A DNA stretch of 64,000 bases from Eukaryota sp. GEM-RC1 (taxonomy: Eukaryota). Where the stretch lies: positions 3,472,001-3,536,000 of the forward strand of contig JAUFOQ010000002.1 of the NCBI GenBank assembly GCA_040285855.1. The letters are read 5' to 3'. A program made the translations under genes and the position numbers. The notes under the pieces were generated by a model that was not told where the DNA came from, ran no database searches, and saw nothing but the letters and a program-made list of their open reading frames with translations. Shown piece after piece: positions 60,389 to 64,000 of the stretch. Position 1 is the first letter of the stretch. The number at the start of each line of letters is the position of its first letter.

Positions 60389-62445
60389 GGGTTTGGGTAC
60401 AAAAATACCCCTCTGACATCAACTTAGTACATTTCTACCCCTCTTCTAAATTTGGGGTTTTTTCCTACCCCTGTTCGTTTTTCACGTCTTTTCCTTTCGA
60501 TACTCTTTTATATTTCTATATAAATACAATACTAAGGGAACATTGCTGCTTCAACATATTCACAATCACTTTCTCCAGATAACTCATCATCTTCTGTTGA
60601 GGTGTATTCACTGTCATTCCAGTCGTGGTCACCATCACTAGTATCAACACCGTCATAGAAGCACACGTTTTGGAAGTCATCTGCTTTTAAAGCATTAGAA
60701 GTCAATCTAAGTGCGGGTTTGACCTGTTTCTTCCCTTGTTGTTCACCTGCTACAAACCTTTTGTTTTTTGGTCTTCCTCTTCCAACCACTACTTTTGGTG
60801 GTGTAATGTCAGATTCTTCCAACTCCATTGTTCCACACACAGAAAGCATTCCTTCGTTGTACGTTCTTTTGTAGTTCTCTACTAGGTAGTAACTATCTAC
60901 TGATGACACGATGTTTTGACCTAAGGCAAACAAAGCAGCAAATCCATGGCTGCATGGATATCCATTAGCTTGCCATAGATTACAATCACACGTTCTAGCA
61001 CGAACGTTGACAATAAATGCCTTACAACCAGCAAGAACTTGCACCAGTACATCTTTTCCCTTTTTGACAACAACAGTAGTCAAGCTTTTAGCCTGGTATA
61101 ATTCTGGCTTAATTCGATTCCACACATTGTCACAGATGATGTTATTCATATCATTTGCTTCAATCAATCGTTTCTCATACCACACAGACAATTTGTCAAC
61201 AATAGCATTAATCATACGCACTACAGGTAACCCTCTGATACCGAGGAACCATGCATTCAAACTTTCAATCGCATTCGATGTTAAATGTCCGTATCTTAAT
61301 CCAGGAAAGTGTACCGTGGTCCAATGTTCTAGCCCAGCCAATACAAGTTTATCATATGCTTTTGTTGAATTCATACGAATTTCAGCAAGTGCTGCATTTA
61401 AATCTTCAACATTTTGAGCTCTAGCAGCTTTCCAAACAAGTGATGTAAAGCGAGCTCCCACGTTCTTAGTTAAATGTCGAAGACAGTAAGAATGATTTGA
61501 TTCAGGATACACCTGACGCACAGCCTCCAATAACCCCTTTTCTCTGTCACTAATGAAAGTTGACACATTATTTCCAAAAGAATCTTTAAATTGCTGTAAA
61601 AACCAGCGCCAATTATCCAAGTTTTCACCAGAAACAACAGCAAATCCCAAAGGGAACAGTTGACCTTGAGCATCAACCGTGGTAGAAGTCAACATCACTT
61701 GCCTGTATTTGTTGTGCAAATGAGTACCATCGATTTGCACCAGAGGTCTGCAATATTCAAAGCCTCTGATACAACTGTGTAAAGCGACAAACAGTCGATG
61801 AAATTGCCCATCATTTAGCTCCAATTTTACATTAGTTCCAGGATTAAGGTCCAAAAGTTTGTTTAAGTAAGCAGGAAGTTTGCGGAAGTTGTCTTCATGA
61901 GTGCCGAATAGTTCGTCTTTGCAGAGTTGCCGTACTCTTTTTACAGTATGACTAGGGAGGTTGGTGTTGCACACCTGCTTTAAGTCAATCGTTAAAGAAC
62001 TAGCACTGATGTTCGGGTTGTGAAGTATTTTTGTACGTATCAATGTTAAGGAAGCAAGATATTCTGTAGAAGCAGGACGTTTGATCGTAGTTGTAATAGA
62101 GTGGTTCTGGCATGTATGGGCTATCAATTTTCTTATGATATAAGGAGTTCCGTCACTACTTTTTTGGGGACGAGACGCATAACACATAAAGGCACATGTT
62201 TGATTTTTGCACCTGGCTTTGATCTGTTTATGTTCAGATTTCACCAACTTATAAGGAGCGTTTTCTTGTAAGCAATGAATACGTATAAGTTCTTTTATTT
62301 GTGCTGCATTTGCGGAAGTGTTTACTTCAAAAGGAAGTAACTGATAGGGATCCATTTGGTGAAGGGGTAGGTTTGTTCTAAGGGAAATTTGTGGGGGTAG
62401 AAATGTACTTATATTTTGTCAGAGGGGTATACATGTACTTTTCCC
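60389..62445 (-). mobile_element. Complete Mutator-like element (MULE)
   Basis: Imperfect TIRs of about 55 bp starting GGG share ATACCCCTCTGACA and AGTACATTTCTACCCC. Perfect 9-bp TSD TAAATATAT at 60380-88 and 62446-54. Confidence 0.95.
60532..62355 (-). CDS. MuDR-type transposase with SWIM zinc finger
   Basis: Intact 607-aa ORF with IDGTHL, ISDREKGL, HSYCLRH, TSNAIES, CDCNLWQANGYPCSH and GRGRPK. Confidence 0.95.
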   Translation of the reverse strand: MDPYQLLPFEVNTSANAAQIKELIRIHCLQENAPYKLVKSEHKQIKARCKNQTCAFMCYASRPQKSSDGTPYIIRKLIAHTCQNHSITTTIKRPASTEYLASLTLIRTKILHNPNISASSLTIDLKQVCNTNLPSHTVKRVRQLCKDELFGTHEDNFRKLPAYLNKLLDLNPGTNVKLELNDGQFHRLFVALHSCIRGFEYCRPLVQIDGTHLHNKYRQVMLTSTTVDAQGQLFPLGFAVVSGENLDNWRWFLQQFKDSFGNNVSTFISDREKGLLEAVRQVYPESNHSYCLRHLTKNVGARFTSLVWKAARAQNVEDLNAALAEIRMNSTKAYDKLVLAGLEHWTTVHFPGLRYGHLTSNAIESLNAWFLGIRGLPVVRMINAIVDKLSVWYEKRLIEANDMNNIICDNVWNRIKPELYQAKSLTTVVVKKGKDVLVQVLAGCKAFIVNVRARTCDCNLWQANGYPCSHGFAALFALGQNIVSSVDSYYLVENYKRTYNEGMLSVCGTMELEESDITPPKVVVGRGRPKNKRFVAGEQQGKKQVKPALRLTSNALKADDFQNVCFYDGVDTSDGDHDWNDSEYTSTEDDELSGESDCEYVEAAMFP

Positions 62446-63016
62446 TAAATATATATGTATTATTTCCAATCCCTGCTTGCATGAAAGTGTACATAAAACC
62501 CATCTATGGAGGTTAGTTGAAGTAATATACTGTACTAGTAAAGAACCCCTTTTAAAACAATTCTTTGTAGTTGAGTTTTATCGACTTCTGAGAAATATAA
62601 TGAACCTCCTTTTGAATGACACGTTACAGTCGTGCTGATGCGTCACGTATGATTAAATTTTTGTATTAATCGTCAATTGCCGATAGCATGTGGATCCTAT
62701 GTTTCTCCTTTTTATGATCTTCTTGATTTCCATTGGATGTCGAAGAAGTGCCATTTCGAAACATTTTGACTTTGAAGTGTTGTTTTAAGAAAATCCAAAA
62801 TCCAATATTACAACATTTGAAAGTTTAGATTTTACAGCTTGGCTAAGGAAAAAATACGCTCAGATTATATGAATTAAAGGAGAGTTCTGCAGTAGTAATA
62901 GTAAGCAAATCCCACAGATATTGGATCATCAATGGACGACAACGATGACATTTCGTTGCTATTTATGCCATGTATTTTATCAAATACTAGCTGCCAAATG
63001 CATGCTATGTTCAAGT

Positions 63017-63900
63017 CAGGGGTGTGAAAATATTTATTTAAATACAATGTATATTCTTTATTGTCTTCGATAAAAATAAATATACATTGTATTGTTATTA
63101 TTTTGACAGAAATAAATATATTGTTATTGTTGTCGAAAACAATAAATATATTTATTTATTGTCAATAAATATTGGTTAGTTTTATTTAGTTTCTATGTGT
63201 CAATAATGAGACAAGAACAGCTCCAACACTTTTTATGATATATCAAATGTTCCTCAGACTCGTCATCGTCCTAAAGGAGCTCAATAGATTGTGTCGTGAA
63301 TAAGACTCTGATTGAAGATACTTCTTTGGAGTAAGGCCTATTGCACAACCACAGAACAGTTTGGGTTTCCGTCGTATTAAGCAGGACAAATCGTCTCAAG
63401 TACAGTTTTGAAAAGTAGTGGGTAACAATTTCCTTATGTTCAGACATAAAGAAGACTCAGATAGAATTGTATCGTGCTCAGCAACCTCCAGTCGATCACT
63501 TTACACTGAATTTCTTCAAAAATAGCACAATGTATTACTGTAAAAACATACAAAATTTTTTTTGATCATGAATTATTCATTCTAAAAGTAATAGACAACA
63601 ACACTACAGTGTACATACATCTAATAATCAATATCCTCAAAGTCCAGATTGCCTAACTGGAAATTTTCACCTACCTTATCCTCATAATGTCTGCCAAGAG
63701 ATAATAAAGCACTAGATACAGAAGTCACCATACCTTTAAAGATAGCAAACACGATTCGATTTTTCCAAAGACAAAATAGGACACCAATATATTTAAATAT
63801 ATTGTAATAATATTGTTCATTGTTTCGACCAACAATAAATATATTGTCGGTATCTCACAGAACAATAAATACAATATAAATATATTTTTTCTCACCCCTG
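63017..63900. mobile_element. hAT-type non-autonomous element carrying a nested RLE family C fragment (63594-63765)
   Basis: TIRs CAGGGGTG ... CACCCCTG, 8-bp TSD GTTCAAGT (63009-16 and 63901-08), and AATAAATAT subterminal repeats. A related solitary end CAGGGGTATGAAAA lies at 7929. Confidence 0.9.
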
Positions 63901-64000
63901 GTTCAAGTCCTAGAAGATCGAATCTTCCCCGCTCCAGATATTTTCATTGAAATTCATCCCACAAAGCTACTTTGAGGAGTAACAGGACGAACACACGTCA

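Noticed and set aside
61007..61417. Antisense and nested short ORFs from the ORF track (for example 61007-61417, 2485-2715, 55496-55792)
   Set aside because: They are shadows of real genes on the other strand or frame, with no recognisable motifs.
1..64000. Alternative genetic code (stop reassignment)
   Set aside because: TAA, TAG and TGA each terminate conserved genes, and long conserved ORFs have no in-frame stops.
1..64000. tRNA or rRNA genes
   Set aside because: No cloverleaf or rRNA-like sequence was recognised by eye; a covariance search was not possible.

Overview
This is AT-rich eukaryotic nuclear DNA in the standard genetic code, most likely from a flagellated protist with a compact, intron-poor genome (inference). 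Tightly packed, often head-to-head gene clusters alternate with transposon-rich spacers. About 24 protein genes can be called, including Pam18, IST1, EFM7, a GID4-like gene, three CAMKK-like kinases, an AMPK/SNF1-like kinase, ELP1, an AEC transporter, a RAD51 paralog, PTPA, eIF4E, a HAD phosphatase, GNPTAB, LRRIQ3, DLEC1, an SRF-type MADS factor, a Rab5-like GTPase, AMPK-gamma and an FNT channel. Many are broken by single-base indels, mostly in homopolymer runs, which are probably assembly errors. Six tiny introns (29-35 nt) share a fixed YTNAYNNNAG branch/acceptor end. The mobile DNA comprises about seven families of RLE-type (CRE-like) non-LTR retrotransposons, several hAT elements, a TA-flanked TIR element and an intact Mutator element with a 9-bp TSD. 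The most notable find is a decayed Fanzor (eukaryotic TnpB-type RNA-guided nuclease) gene at about 57600-58345. All protein assignments come from motif recognition by eye; no database searches were run.
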